Source: Nitrosopumilus sp.
GTDB lineage: Archaea; Thermoproteota; Nitrososphaeria; Nitrososphaerales; Nitrosopumilaceae
NCBI GenBank assembly: GCA_965206745.1
Contig: OZ242220.1
Span: forward strand, 448,001-512,000
DNA: 64,000 nucleotides
Direction of reading: 5' to 3'
Shown here: positions 40,734-52,273 of the stretch, in pieces
How the letters are laid out: each line of letters starts with the position of its first letter
Numbering within the stretch: the first letter of the stretch is position 1
Translations under genes and position numbers: made by a program
Notes under the pieces: generated by a model
What the model was told of the DNA's origin: nothing
Databases searched by the model: none
What the model saw: only the letters and a program-made list of their open reading frames with translations

Positions 40734-40805
40734 TCTAAACATCTTTTATACCATACATAATTCATGATCATTTTCAAGATATTCAATAGTTTTCGTTGAG
40801 TTCAT

Positions 40806-41777
40806 GTGGCAGAAAGTCTAGTCAGATCTCGCAGGCCGGTCATGGCTGCAGATAAGATCTTCAAGGTCGGCGCCACGATTGCCGGCTCTTTTGTTCTAGT
40901 TATCATAGTTTTGATGGTATTTCAGCTTGCAGTGGAGTCCTATCCAATCTGGGAGGAGGAGGGACTCGGGTTTGTAATCGGTACTGACTGGAATGCCGCT
41001 GATGGACGGGAGTCATTTGGCGCCCTACCCTACATACTGGGTACGCTTACCACGGCGGCACTTGCCATGCTCATAGGGGTCCCGCTCAGCATCGGCATTG
41101 CAATGTTTGTATCTGATGCGCCGCCAAAGATAGGTGCCCCTCTGGGATTTCTTGTGGAACTATTAGCAGCTGTTCCGAGCATAATTTACGGTCTCTGGGG
41201 ACTGTTTGTATTTAGGACGCACTTTAAGGATCTCATCGAGACCCCGCTTCATGACGCGTTTGGTGACAGCATCTGGCTCTTCTCTGGAACCCCGTTTGGA
41301 TTGGATATCTTTACTGCAAGCATCATACTTGCAATCATGATAATTCCGACAGTCTCCTCTGTTGCACGTGAGGTGATGAAGGCAGTTCCCCAACAGCAAA
41401 AGGAGGCAGCATACATGCTGGGGGCCACAAGATGGGAGATGTTCAAGCTTGCAATCTTTCCGTATTCCAAGACCGGCCTGATTGGCGCATCCATCCTTGG
41501 TCTTGGAAGGGCAGTTGGCGAAACCATGGCAGTAACCATGCTGATTGGCAATGCCACCGGACTCAACGCAATCCCCTCATCCCTGTTCAAGCCAAGTCAG
41601 ACGATGTCAAGTATTATTGCAAACGAGTTTCCCGAGGCATCCCTTGCAGGACTGCATCTTCCTGCCCTGATTGGGGTGGGACTGGTACTGTTGGGAATTG
41701 CAATGTGCATCAATATCGTTGCACATCTTTTGGTAACAAGGATGCTCAAGGTAAAAGAGGGGGCAATAAACAATTGA
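40806..41777 (+). CDS. pstC: Phosphate ABC transporter permease PstC
   Basis: ELLAAVPSIIYGLWG, EAAYMLGATRWE, LGRAVGETMAV motifs. Confidence 0.96.
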   Translation: MAESLVRSRRPVMAADKIFKVGATIAGSFVLVIIVLMVFQLAVESYPIWEEEGLGFVIGTDWNAADGRESFGALPYILGTLTTAALAMLIGVPLSIGIAMFVSDAPPKIGAPLGFLVELLAAVPSIIYGLWGLFVFRTHFKDLIETPLHDAFGDSIWLFSGTPFGLDIFTASIILAIMIIPTVSSVAREVMKAVPQQQKEAAYMLGATRWEMFKLAIFPYSKTGLIGASILGLGRAVGETMAVTMLIGNATGLNAIPSSLFKPSQTMSSIIANEFPEASLAGLHLPALIGVGLVLLGIAMCINIVAHLLVTRMLKVKEGAINN

Positions 41778-42700
41778 CAAACTTGGAAAAGAGGCAGCAG
41801 TATCGGGCCCTCTTCAAGCAAAACGTGCAGAGACGGTTACTTGTTGACAAGATAGTGCGGCTGATAGTGGTTGCATGTGTGATAACTGCAATAATCCCGC
41901 TTGGAAGCATCCTAGTTGAGGTGTTCAAAAATGGAATTACTGCAATCAGCATAGAGTTTCTCACCGAGGCGCCAGGCTCCATTGGTACAGGAGAGGGGGG
42001 AATCGGGCCTGCCATCCAGGGTACGCTGATCGTCGTGGGTCTGGCAAGCATCATCGGGGTTCCAATCGGGGTCCTCTCTGGAATATTTTTATCCGAGTTT
42101 GGGGATAACAGGCTTGGAAGATCCGTCCGGTTCTTCAATGACGTCTTTATGGAGTTCCCCTCAATCCTGCTGGGAATCTTTGCATTTTTAGTGATAGTCT
42201 TGATTCTGGGGCATTTTTCCGTGTGGGCCGGAGCGTTTGCCCTGGCATTGATCATGTTTCCAATTATAGCTAGAACAGTTGAAGAGTCGCTAAAGATGGT
42301 CCCAGTAACGTATCGGGAGGCGGGAATGGCACTGGGTCTAAAGCAGTGGGTGGTGACCATGCGAATTGTAATCTCTGCTGCCAAAAGTGGGATTGTTACC
42401 GGGGTGCTGCTAGCTGTGGCAAGGATTGGGGGCGAGACTGCCCCGCTGATAATGACCATACTTGGAAGCAGTCTGTTCTTTAGCAGCCTTGATGCCCCTA
42501 TGGATGCACTGCCGTTGAGGATATGGCGCCTCTCACTACTCCCCTATGAGAGTGCACAGATGCAAGGGTGGGGGGCCGCACTCGTACTGATCTTTATCAT
42601 AATTGCAATTAACATCGGGGTGAGGACGCTTGTTCTAAACAAGTCTGAGACCCGCAGATTCGTAAAGATGATTAAAGCAAGAATAGGTGTAACAAGATGA
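41774..42700 (+). CDS. pstA: Phosphate ABC transporter permease PstA (TTG start at 41774 overlapping the pstC stop)
   Basis: [33 protein letters not shown] motifs. Confidence 0.95.
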   Translation: MTNLEKRQQYRALFKQNVQRRLLVDKIVRLIVVACVITAIIPLGSILVEVFKNGITAISIEFLTEAPGSIGTGEGGIGPAIQGTLIVVGLASIIGVPIGVLSGIFLSEFGDNRLGRSVRFFNDVFMEFPSILLGIFAFLVIVLILGHFSVWAGAFALALIMFPIIARTVEESLKMVPVTYREAGMALGLKQWVVTMRIVISAAKSGIVTGVLLAVARIGGETAPLIMTILGSSLFFSSLDAPMDALPLRIWRLSLLPYESAQMQGWGAALVLIFIIIAINIGVRTLVLNKSETRRFVKMIKARIGVTR

Positions 42701-43527
42701 GTACGTTGGCTACAAGACCTGATGTTATGGATAAACAGACTGCACCCCAGGATGTCCCACTTGAGGAGGAAAAGTACAAGATGATCGCAGAAAATGTCAC
42801 CATCTCTTACAGTGACATACCTGCAGTCAAGGACGTCACCATGAAGTTCAAGGAAAAGTCAGTCACTGCACTTATCGGGCCATCCGGATGTGGGAAGACT
42901 ACGTTTCTGAGGTGCCTTAACAGGATGCATGACATGACAAAGAATGCGCGGGTTGATGGCAAGGTGATGATTGATGGGATTGATCTTTATTCAAAGGAGA
43001 TAGACCCGATTTATCATCGGAGAAAGGTGGGAATGGTATTCCAAAAGCCAAACCCGTTTCCGACAATGTCCATCTTTGATAATGTAACTGCCGGCCTGAG
43101 ATTAAACGGTGTGAGGGACAAAAGAATCCTCAACGAGATAGTCGAGGACACGCTGAAAATGGCGTATCTCTGGGATGAGGTAAAGGATAATCTCAAAAAA
43201 CCTGCAGTGGAACTCTCCGGGGGACAGCAGCAGCGACTCTGCATCGCACGAGCCCTTGCAATTCAGCCTGAAGTTTTACTCATGGATGAGCCTGCATCGG
43301 CACTGGACCCTATTGCGACTCAAAAGATTGAGGAGACCATCACAGAATTGAAAAAAGAGTTTACGATAATCATAGTCACACACAACATGCAGCAGGCAGT
43401 CCGTGTATCTGATTATACGGGATTCATGTATCTTGGGGACCTGGTGGAGTTTAGGGAGACAAAGAAACTCTTTACTGATCCAAAGAACGAACTGACTGCA
43501 AAATATGTTCAGGGGCAGTTTGGATAA
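42697..43527 (+). CDS. pstB: Phosphate ABC transporter ATP-binding protein
   Basis: [33 protein letters not shown] motifs. Confidence 0.97.
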   Translation: MSTLATRPDVMDKQTAPQDVPLEEEKYKMIAENVTISYSDIPAVKDVTMKFKEKSVTALIGPSGCGKTTFLRCLNRMHDMTKNARVDGKVMIDGIDLYSKEIDPIYHRRKVGMVFQKPNPFPTMSIFDNVTAGLRLNGVRDKRILNEIVEDTLKMAYLWDEVKDNLKKPAVELSGGQQQRLCIARALAIQPEVLLMDEPASALDPIATQKIEETITELKKEFTIIIVTHNMQQAVRVSDYTGFMYLGDLVEFRETKKLFTDPKNELTAKYVQGQFG

Positions 43528-44192
43528 TGGCCCGGCTAATTGATCCGTCACTTGAAAAGCTCTCCCAAATCATGGCAGAGATGGGGGATATGGCAATCAA
43601 GTGTATCTCACTGGCAGTTGACTCGTACCTTGACGGCAAGAACACCAACAATGAGGTCCATGACCTCTCTGATCTGATTCGCAAAAAGTACTTTGAGGTC
43701 GAGGACCTGATCTTTGACATGCTGCTAAAGTATCAGCCGGTGGCAGATGATTTCCGGATGATCCGCTCGTCGACTGAGATATCCTATGCGTTCTCAAGGT
43801 TCGGACGGTACGCCTATGACATTACCCAGGTTCGGGATCTGTTCGGGGACATCTCCGAGTGTACAAACGAGCCGCTCATTGAGATTACAAAAAAGGTAAA
43901 GCACATGATAAAGGAGGCAGTCCTGTCTTTTGCAGAGCTTGATGTCAGAAAGGCCGTAAAGATTCAAGAAGACGAGGCATTCATTGACAAAATTTACAAG
44001 GAGAGGCTGCCCAAGCTGATCGAGTCTGAGAATACTAAATGCGCGCTAGCTGAGGCGTTGCTCTTGCGCTATCTTGAAAGGATTGGTGATCATGCGGTGT
44101 TTATGAGTGATGCAATTAATTATATCGTTACTGGCAAGCACAAGCCAAGTGAGAAGAGAATCGCATCACATACCAAACCGTCATCAGAGTGA
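43527..44192 (+). CDS. phoU: Phosphate signalling complex protein PhoU
   Basis: YQPVADDFR, LERIGDHA motifs; last gene of the pst operon. Confidence 0.92.
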   Translation: MARLIDPSLEKLSQIMAEMGDMAIKCISLAVDSYLDGKNTNNEVHDLSDLIRKKYFEVEDLIFDMLLKYQPVADDFRMIRSSTEISYAFSRFGRYAYDITQVRDLFGDISECTNEPLIEITKKVKHMIKEAVLSFAELDVRKAVKIQEDEAFIDKIYKERLPKLIESENTKCALAEALLLRYLERIGDHAVFMSDAINYIVTGKHKPSEKRIASHTKPSSE

Positions 44193-44279
44193 AAACGTAT
44201 TTTTAAAAGCGATTTTTTGAGTCTGAAAACTGACAAATGCATAGTAATTCTTTTAACAAGTTAAAATTTTTGTAATTCA

Positions 44280-45381
44280 TTGAAAAAGGTGATTTTATCG
44301 GTTCTTGTGTTAACTTTGATTGTTGCAATGGGTCTCGAGTCTGCATACTCTCAAACTGACAGGGATCTTATACAAGAATGGAAGGAATACGTTGAATCAT
44401 ACAAAGAATATATGGAAAATTATCAAACATGGACCGATAATACTATCAAAAAGCTAGAATCCGAGAACAAAAATCTGAAATTAGAGATTAGCAAATTTGA
44501 ATCAAAACAAAGTCCAACAACCAATGATGTAGAAATCGACAAATACAAAAAAACAATCAAGAATTTAGAATCCCAGATTACAGACCTAGAATCCCAGATT
44601 ATTAAACTAGATTCAAAATCAAATAAAACACCAGATACAATTAAAGAATCTATCACAACATCAGAACCAACATCTAAACATGTTTCAGATATTGCCATTA
44701 ACCTAGACAAATCAAATTATGTTAATGGTGATAAAAATTATTGTAACTGGCAGAATATCGAATTATGATAAACCTGATGTTGTTACTTGGATAAATGAAT
44801 CGCATGATAATAGAGCACAGTCTTCTCCAATTCGATTACAAGAGGTTGTAGAGATTACTTGGTCAGTTAATTCACCTGACAATACCATGTACGTGGCATT
44901 TGGATCATTATTTCCAAATTCTGACGGATCTTTTGAATTTAGTTATGATTGTTGTAATGAATTGTGGAAATGGAATGGATCTTATCTTATTGAAGTAGTT
45001 TACAAAGATATTGCCACTACAAAATCCATCAACTATGTTGGACAAAAATCAACATCTGAACAGATTTCAAATATTGTCATTAACACAGACAAATCAAATT
45101 ATGTTGATGGTGATACAGTTATCCTAACTGGTAAAATACCAAATCATCATGATAAAGCAACTACCCAACTAAGTCTAATAATGACCGCACCTAACGGCAA
45201 CCTTGTTTATCTTGGTCAGCCAGTCGTAAGATCTAATGGCACATTTGAATCTTCCATTTATGTTGGAGATAATCTTCTTAAATCAGGCGGTTACGGTGAT
45301 TACTCTATAACCTTTGACTATCAGAGTGATTTTAACAATAAAACACTACACGCCACAAAAACAATACTATACATCAAATAA
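44280..45381 (+). pseudogene. Secreted coiled-coil + tandem Ig-like surface protein split by a +1 frameshift (ORFs 44280-44768 and 44719-45381)
   Basis: A5 at 44733-44737; A4 would give DKSNYVNGDKIIVTGRI, matching the downstream repeat DKSNYVDGDTVILTGKI. Confidence 0.8.
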
Positions 45382-45690
45382 TAATTCAAATTCAAATCGT
45401 ATGGGGTGGATATTTTATCTCTCAGCAGAGATGTTGAGACTTGTTGATGAACATGCATGTGATACATTTCACATCAATTCTAAATAAAAACATCATTTTA
45501 CCATGTCACTATCTTAATCTGTTTTTATGATGTAAAGGCTCCAGACTCATTCCATTCATCGTCTGAAGCCATCAATGATGAAAAGGCTTCTTTTCAAAAG
45601 CCACTTCTTATTCTTTTTATCATATTTTAATTTTTGAGACGCCTGGATCCTCACGAATTTTGGGCAGTGTACTGACTGTTCCGTAACTGG

Positions 45691-47052
45691 TCAGAGAAAT
45701 CTCTTGATGGTTCTCTTCACTGATGCCTGCACGTTTCTTATGATTGCAGGTGATGCGCCAAGATGCCTCTCTGCTGAAAATATAGAGTCAATCTCCTTGT
45801 CAGTCAGTCTAGATGTGAATGCCCTGTCGTTTTTTATTGCCTCTATGTAGTAGATTTCCTTCTCGTTTGCCTCAAATGCTACTCGTTGTACGTCCCTGTA
45901 TGCCGCAAATCTCGGTATGCCCTTTTTGATCAGCGCCTCCAAGACAAACTCTGCAAATATCTGCCCCTTTGTAATGGACAGGTTCTCCACTATCCTCTTC
46001 TCGTTTACCATCAGGTTTGAAACTATCCTATTCATGGTCTCTAGCATCTCGTCAACTAGGATGGATACTGTCGGAATCACAAATCTCTCGTTTGCAGAGT
46101 TTGAGAGATCCCGCTCATGCCATAGTGGAATGTTCTCAAATGCAACTGCAACCTGGCTCCTTACCAGCTTTGATAACGATGATACGCGTTCACTTTTAAT
46201 CGGATTCCGTTTCACTGGAACAGCACTGCTTCCCATCTGTCCCTTCTTGAACTGCTCTGCAACCTCCCCTATCTCGGTTCTCTGCAAATTTCTAATCTCT
46301 ATTGCAATCTTGTCAAGCGTTGCCCCAATCAGTGCAAGCTCAAATACATATTCGGCATACCTCTCCCTGGGGATGACCTGTGTTGTAACCTCTGCCGGAA
46401 ACAGGTTCAGTCTCTTTGCCGCCCTCTTTTGAACTTCAAGTGCCCTTGCACCCATCAGCGAGCCTGTACCCACCACACCGAGTGTCTTGCAGATTAGTAT
46501 CCTCTTTTTTATCTCCTCAATCCTCTCAACGTGCTTTGCCATCTCTGCTGCCCAGTTTGCAAACTTTAATCCAAACGAGATGATGCTTGCGTGCTGGCCA
46601 TGTGTCCTTCCCACTGCCGGAATCCTCCCATACCTTACTGCCTTTTCTGCAAGCATTGATGCCATCCTTGCGACCTTTGGCTCAATTATATCTAAAGCAT
46701 CACGCATCTGCATCGAACTGCTAGTATCGACTAGGTCATTGCTTGTAAGACCGTAGTGTATCCATGGCCTTGCATTCTTGAAGCATTTCTCGCTGAGTGC
46801 TTCTACAAGTGCTGCAGTATCGTGATCACTCTTTGCCTCAAGCTGACTGATTCTCTTTGCTGTAATCTTGTGCGACATTGCCGCTCTGCGAATCTCCCTG
46901 CCTACGCTCTTTGAGATCATTCCTATCTCGCTCTGGGATACTGCAACTGCGCCCTCAATCTCTAGCTGATAGTCTATCTTTCTCTGTTCGCTGAAAATCT
47001 CCATCATCTGTTTGGTGCCATAACGGCCGCTATCGATGGGTAGAATTGCCAA
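45691..47052 (-). CDS. purB: Adenylosuccinate lyase
   Basis: HYGLTSND, GRTHGQHA, GSSAVPVKRNP, HERDLSNS motifs. Confidence 0.96.
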   Translation of the reverse strand: MAILPIDSGRYGTKQMMEIFSEQRKIDYQLEIEGAVAVSQSEIGMISKSVGREIRRAAMSHKITAKRISQLEAKSDHDTAALVEALSEKCFKNARPWIHYGLTSNDLVDTSSSMQMRDALDIIEPKVARMASMLAEKAVRYGRIPAVGRTHGQHASIISFGLKFANWAAEMAKHVERIEEIKKRILICKTLGVVGTGSLMGARALEVQKRAAKRLNLFPAEVTTQVIPRERYAEYVFELALIGATLDKIAIEIRNLQRTEIGEVAEQFKKGQMGSSAVPVKRNPIKSERVSSLSKLVRSQVAVAFENIPLWHERDLSNSANERFVIPTVSILVDEMLETMNRIVSNLMVNEKRIVENLSITKGQIFAEFVLEALIKKGIPRFAAYRDVQRVAFEANEKEIYYIEAIKNDRAFTSRLTDKEIDSIFSAERHLGASPAIIRNVQASVKRTIKRFL

Positions 47053-47097
47053 TGCTTTTGGCAGTTACACATCGAAAATAAATCTATTCATGAGTTT

Positions 47098-47313
47098 CTA
47101 TCTTCTTGACTTTCTTACCGTTGCAATCTTTTTTGATGATCTGGCTTCCTTGGTCTTTGCACTTGCCTTGGTCACCTTGCCCTCTTTTTTTATGGGCAGG
47201 GCCTTGAGATACCCCTGCTTGAAGTTCCTCTCATCGATTGCCCAGTCCGGGTTTGCCCTCAGTTCTGCAAGCAGCTGGTCTGCCTTTTGCTTGATTATTG
47301 TCTCGTCTATCAT
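47098..47313 (-). CDS. Small basic hypothetical protein
   Basis: 71 aa with Lys/Arg-rich tail; TTTAAA box upstream. Confidence 0.6.
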   Translation of the reverse strand: MIDETIIKQKADQLLAELRANPDWAIDERNFKQGYLKALPIKKEGKVTKASAKTKEARSSKKIATVRKSRR

Positions 47314-47402
47314 GACTTTCTGAAATGATTCTGATTATTTTAAAATTATTTTACAAATCTTCTTAGTTTAAATTGGATTGAAAGGACTTTTTACCATTAC
47401 AC

Positions 47403-48851
47403 ATGTCTTCTGGCACGCCAAGAAAAATTGGGGAAAATCAATATCAGATTGATGCTGATTCCAATCTTGGGATGAAGGTTCCTGTGAGAATTTATGCCGA
47501 TGAGCCGCTGATGCAAAAGATGCTCTCTGATAGAACGATAATGCAGGCAAAAAACGTCGCCTCAATTCCCGGAATAGTGGGGCACAGCGTCGTCCTGCCT
47601 GACGGACACGAGGGTTACGGATTTCCAGTCGGCGGAGTGGCTGCCATGGATGCAAAAGAGGGGATGATCAGTCCAGGCGGCGTAGGCTATGACATTAACT
47701 GCGGGGTTAGACTGCTTCGCTCAAATTTGACAGAGGATGCCGTCCGCTCAAAACTAAAGGAGCTGGTCACGGATCTCTTTAGTTCGATTCCGTCCGGTGT
47801 CGGCTCCAAGGGGGCAGTAAATCTTACTCCCTCTGAGCTTGATGAGGTCCTGGTTAGAGGTGTGGACTGGGCAATTGATCATGGCTATGGCTCGTCTGAT
47901 GACGCTGATGTCTGCGAGGAGAACGGCAAAATCGGAGGCGCTGATCCAAACAAGGTCTCTGAGAAGGCAAGAAAGAGGGGAGCACCCCAGCTTGGAAGCC
48001 TGGGTTCTGGAAATCATTTTCTTGAAGTGCAAAAGGTTTCAGAGGTTCATGACGAGGAGGCAGCAAAGAGAATGGGAATAGAGGAGGGAACAATTACAGT
48101 TTTGATTCATTGCGGTTCGAGGGGATTTGGACATCAGGTTTGTAGCGACTACCTTAGGGTCTCTGAGCAGGCCATGGAAAAGTATGATATCAAACTGCCT
48201 GACAGGGAGCTTGCATGCGTTCCAAACAATTCCGAGGAGGGAGAGTCTTATCGGAAGGCAATGTTCTCGGCATTGAATTTTGCCTGGAGCAACAGGCAGA
48301 TGTTAACCCACTGGACCCGAAACTCCTTTGAGCGCGTCTTTGGGCAGTCCGAGTCTGATCTTGATATGAAGCTAGTTTATGATGTTGCACACAATATTGC
48401 CAAGGTGGAGAGACACAGAGTCGATGGACAAGAGCGCAGCTTGGTCGTGCACAGAAAGGGTGCAACTAGGGCGTTTCCTGCAAATCGAGACGAGATCCCA
48501 TCCCGGTACCGTGATCTGGGACAACCAGTCCTGGTTCCAGGTTCCATGGGAACTGCAAGCTGGATTCTGCTTGGACAGCCAAACTCCATGGACTTGAGTT
48601 TTGGCTCTACTGCACACGGTGCAGGCAGGACCATGTCGCGCTCCAAGGCTAGGAGAAACTTTACCGAAGAGGACGTAAAAAAGTCCCTCAATGACAAGGG
48701 CATATTTATCAAGGCACTGACTAGGGACGGGGTCGTAGAGGAGACCCCGCAGGCCTACAAGGATGTTGATTCTGTAGTTAACGTGTCTCATAATCTGGGA
48801 ATTGCCACTAAAGTTGCAAAACTGGTACCTATTGGTGTGATAAAGGGTTGA
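47403..48851 (+). CDS. rtcB: RNA-splicing ligase RtcB
   Basis: PDGHEGYGFPVG, GYDINCGVR, LGSGNHFLE, HRKGAT, HGAGR motifs. Confidence 0.97.
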   Translation: MSSGTPRKIGENQYQIDADSNLGMKVPVRIYADEPLMQKMLSDRTIMQAKNVASIPGIVGHSVVLPDGHEGYGFPVGGVAAMDAKEGMISPGGVGYDINCGVRLLRSNLTEDAVRSKLKELVTDLFSSIPSGVGSKGAVNLTPSELDEVLVRGVDWAIDHGYGSSDDADVCEENGKIGGADPNKVSEKARKRGAPQLGSLGSGNHFLEVQKVSEVHDEEAAKRMGIEEGTITVLIHCGSRGFGHQVCSDYLRVSEQAMEKYDIKLPDRELACVPNNSEEGESYRKAMFSALNFAWSNRQMLTHWTRNSFERVFGQSESDLDMKLVYDVAHNIAKVERHRVDGQERSLVVHRKGATRAFPANRDEIPSRYRDLGQPVLVPGSMGTASWILLGQPNSMDLSFGSTAHGAGRTMSRSKARRNFTEEDVKKSLNDKGIFIKALTRDGVVEETPQAYKDVDSVVNVSHNLGIATKVAKLVPIGVIKG

Positions 48852-49267
48852 GTGACGAGGATTCCGAACTAGAGAGGTTAAAGGCAAGCAGGCTAGCTGA
48901 GATGCAAAAGAACATCTCCACACAGCAGACTACTCCTGATCCCAAATCTGCAGACCCCAAACCTGCAGAGTCTGTCCCTGAGAACCCGCGAGATTTACTT
49001 CTCAAAATGCTCGGATTCCGGGGACTGGAGGTGCTGGAGAATGCCGAGTCACAGTTTCCAAGCGAGACTGGAATGATTGTCAAAAAGCTATCCGAACTCA
49101 TCAAGACTGGGGAGATTAGCGAGACACTTGATGGCGGACAGCTGCTGGCATTATTCAGATCAGTCGGGTTGAATGTCCGAATGGCAACAAAGATCAACAT
49201 TGAGCAGGATGGAAAGTTTGTATCCCTAAGTGACAAGCTTGGTAGCAGATCACCTGATGATAAATAA
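48848..49267 (+). CDS. PDCD5-like dsDNA-binding protein
   Basis: ELERLKASRLAEMQ N-terminus; coupled to rtcB. Confidence 0.8.
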   Translation: MSDEDSELERLKASRLAEMQKNISTQQTTPDPKSADPKPAESVPENPRDLLLKMLGFRGLEVLENAESQFPSETGMIVKKLSELIKTGEISETLDGGQLLALFRSVGLNVRMATKINIEQDGKFVSLSDKLGSRSPDDK

Positions 49268-49443
49268 CAAGTCTTATCTTCATTTCCAGTCCTCTTAGAA
49301 TCTGTCTGAATCTTACCGTTCCATCTTGTTCATGCCCTGATATTCCTATTTTATTTTATAGGGGATGGAAAATCCCAACTCAAACTGTCTCTGCAGAGTT
49401 GAATCTCGGATCACTTTAATGTCTTGTAGTTTGCAAATCTGTA

Positions 49444-50685
49444 ATGGCTAGAAATATGATGCTGATACTCTTCACAGTACTAGCTATCGGAATGATGACA
49501 GTACCTGCATATGCAGAGACACAACTATCCCCACTAAAACAGTTCAACATGGGCATTCCAATAGAGCAAATCTTGTGCAATGAGAACAAAGTGTTGATGC
49601 TGTCCAATTCGGGCAGACCATCATGTATCACTGTTGACACGTCTGTTATTTTGGCAGATAGAGGTTTTTCATTTGTGAATTACCCAGATGAAAAAGCCCG
49701 CTTTGAGAATTCAACAACCACGATCACGTCTTTGGCCCCAGAAGGTGGCCATGTCCTTACGAGTGGATACAGGGCTGATGTTTCATTAGAGTTTCCAAAT
49801 AGCATAAGTGTTGGTGAAGAGTTTGCCATCAACTTTGTAGTTGATCCAAGAACTGATGATATATCAGAGATACTTGATACTGGGCTTTACCCTTATGCTG
49901 GATTTGTGCCAACAGACTTTGAGATTTTGACTGAATTTGATAGTTTGGCAGTTACACGAATTGACAAATATGAACATCATGGAATGTATGAGTACGAGGA
50001 TTTTTTCACTGAATCTATGGTTGACAAAGAAAAAGACATCTTTGTCGGTTCAATAAATCTCAAATTAGATGATGAGATGGTTCATGAATTTGATTATTTT
50101 GTATTTAATGCAGGTCTTGCTTCTGGAAAGTTGATGTTTGAAAAGACAGACGGTGGTGCAATATTATCCAAGGCCGATCCTGGAAAAATTGTTGAGATAA
50201 GCTCAGATGGATATAGAAATAATCCTGTTCCTGATCCTAGCACATTTGATTTTGATGCATACGAGCCTGACAATGCAGTAACTGTTTCTGAACCAACTCT
50301 GTCATGTGCTACATATACTTATCCAGTACGTGATTCAAATCAAGTTTTTTGTACTGCTGAGGGTTGGCTCACGGATCCACATGGAAATGCATTTTGGGAC
50401 AGTCATGGATGTAGCTCTTTTCCATATGGTCCCGAACCTAGCAGTAGTAAATATTTTGGCAATGCAATTCCTTCTGAGATTGTTTGTCCCAATGCAAAGA
50501 AAGAAAATATCAGTTCTGAACGGAGTTGTTTTGAAACTTTAGGATGTACCAGCCAGTGGTTTCCAGACTTGGAGGCGGTACCAACATTCATCTACTGTCC
50601 TGCTGATGCTGGCGTAGTAGATAATGGAAATATTGTTTTTCCAAATTTCACCTGTCATGATGGTGGCCTGTGGAGACTGCCATGA
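49444..50685 (+). CDS. Secreted protein with SPLKQ-type N-terminal domain and Cys-rich C-terminus
   Basis: Signal peptide; SPLKQF..G...C......L....G.P.C; eight Cys in the last ~125 aa. Confidence 0.8.
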   Translation: MARNMMLILFTVLAIGMMTVPAYAETQLSPLKQFNMGIPIEQILCNENKVLMLSNSGRPSCITVDTSVILADRGFSFVNYPDEKARFENSTTTITSLAPEGGHVLTSGYRADVSLEFPNSISVGEEFAINFVVDPRTDDISEILDTGLYPYAGFVPTDFEILTEFDSLAVTRIDKYEHHGMYEYEDFFTESMVDKEKDIFVGSINLKLDDEMVHEFDYFVFNAGLASGKLMFEKTDGGAILSKADPGKIVEISSDGYRNNPVPDPSTFDFDAYEPDNAVTVSEPTLSCATYTYPVRDSNQVFCTAEGWLTDPHGNAFWDSHGCSSFPYGPEPSSSKYFGNAIPSEIVCPNAKKENISSERSCFETLGCTSQWFPDLEAVPTFIYCPADAGVVDNGNIVFPNFTCHDGGLWRLP

Positions 50686-50940
50686 GTAATTTATTGCAGT
50701 AATAATGAGGTTAAGATGTTCTCATTTTATCAACAGGATCAAGTCATCATTAATCATGACTGCATATTACAGTCATGAAGGACAGACGACCTCCCTGCTT
50801 TCTCCCTGAAACCCTTGGCATGACTGGAATTTCACACTGTAATTTTCGAGTCGTCCCCATGACTGTCGAACTATTTGATTAACTGGATCGTAATTCCCAA
50901 CGAATAGTTTTTTGAATTCAAAGAATCCATATCTCAGTCT

Positions 50941-51276
50941 ATGAGCCGAGGATCAGACAAAGTCCAGTCAAATGTCGTTTTGGAAGTGGGTACAAGAAAC
51001 TATGTAGACGACCTGCTATCGATTAAAAAAGCACTATCACACATAGAGACCCTGGTATCTGCTCATGGATACATTCTGGGTGAACCCTCGCCCAAATTCG
51101 GCTGGACGTTTTTCAAGTTGGCCTTCAAGCCTGATTTACAAAGTGCAGTAGAGAAAAAGTTCTCTGACATGATAGAGAGATATCCTCCAGGTGACAGGTC
51201 TGAAAAGTTTGCAAAATTTATGACAGACTATATACTTTCCAAGGGTTGCAATGTCAGAATAAAGTTGTCTGACTAG
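50941..51276 (+). CDS. Hypothetical protein
   Basis: 111-aa ORF with core-like composition. Confidence 0.75.
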   Translation: MSRGSDKVQSNVVLEVGTRNYVDDLLSIKKALSHIETLVSAHGYILGEPSPKFGWTFFKLAFKPDLQSAVEKKFSDMIERYPPGDRSEKFAKFMTDYILSKGCNVRIKLSD

Positions 51277-51836
51277 ACTCTTCTTCCTCTCTTTCCACCC
51301 TTCTTTCTGGTGGTGTCGTGAGGTATTGGTGTTACATCGTCAATTCTTCCGATTTTGAATCCGCCCCTTGCCAGTGCCCTGATTGCCGCCTGTGCGCCCG
51401 GACCTGGTACCCTGGAACCGACTCCGCCGACTGCGCGGACTCTGATGTGAAATCCCGTAAACCCTTTGGTCTTTGCAGACTCTACAACTGCATTTGCAGC
51501 CTTCATTGCGGCAAATGGTGATGACTCGTATCTGTCTGCATTTACGTGAATTCCGCCGGAACTGATTGATACTGTCTCCCCGCCTGTAAGGTCTGTCATG
51601 TGGATTATTGTATTGTTATAACTGCTGTAAATGTGGGCAATTCCCCATTTTTCAGGGCCTTCTTTCTTTGTCTCTGGCTGAACCTTTGTCTCTACTACAG
51701 TTTCTACTTTGGCCTCTACTGTATCCTTTGCCTTCTCGGCTGGGGATTCTGTCTCTACTGTATCCTTTGTCTCCTCGACTATGGCCTTTGTCTCCTCGAC
51801 TGGTGCCTCTTGAACCTCAGTTTCAACTTTTGACAA
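51273..51836 (-). CDS. rps11: 30S ribosomal protein uS11 with acidic repeated N-terminal extension
   Basis: [43 protein letters not shown] motifs. Confidence 0.96.
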   Translation of the reverse strand: MSKVETEVQEAPVEETKAIVEETKDTVETESPAEKAKDTVEAKVETVVETKVQPETKKEGPEKWGIAHIYSSYNNTIIHMTDLTGGETVSISSGGIHVNADRYESSPFAAMKAANAVVESAKTKGFTGFHIRVRAVGGVGSRVPGPGAQAAIRALARGGFKIGRIDDVTPIPHDTTRKKGGKRGRRV

Positions 51837-51955
51837 TGTCTGATCAGACCATAAAGGGTTTAAAATACATTGATTTTTCAGACCTGTCTTTGGTTGGGCA
51901 TCCGGTGTATCATCAGTGACTATTCATATATCGCCCCTCAGTCTTAATGCATTAA

Positions 51956-52273
51956 ATGGCATCTGTTCTGTTTTTGGCAATTGGGATCGTGGTTGCAACT
52001 GCACTGGTAGTCTCTGTGGCAATTCATTTTTTAGTGCCGATCGGGGATTTTGGCCTATCCCGTGAGCAGGAATGCCAGCAGATTGCCAATGAAGGGTATA
52101 GGATTCATGCAACGTATCCTGACTTTGATCCTGAAGAACTTCCCGTTGATGACTTTGAACGCCTGATGCATCTAGATGAGATGTGGATCACCAAGTGCGT
52201 TAATGTCCTGCCCATAGAATCCGTATTTGATATTGCAAACAATGTTGAGCGGAACTTTTCTTACGGGGAATAG
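51956..52273 (+). CDS. Membrane-anchored hypothetical protein
   Basis: N-terminal TM segment; 105 aa. Confidence 0.7.
   Translation: MASVLFLAIGIVVATALVVSVAIHFLVPIGDFGLSREQECQQIANEGYRIHATYPDFDPEELPVDDFERLMHLDEMWITKCVNVLPIESVFDIANNVERNFSYGE

Noticed and set aside
41432-41773. 114-aa N-terminal extension of PstA in the ORF track
   Set aside because: It overlaps pstC in another frame; TTG at 41774, coupled to the pstC stop, gives a normal-length PstA.
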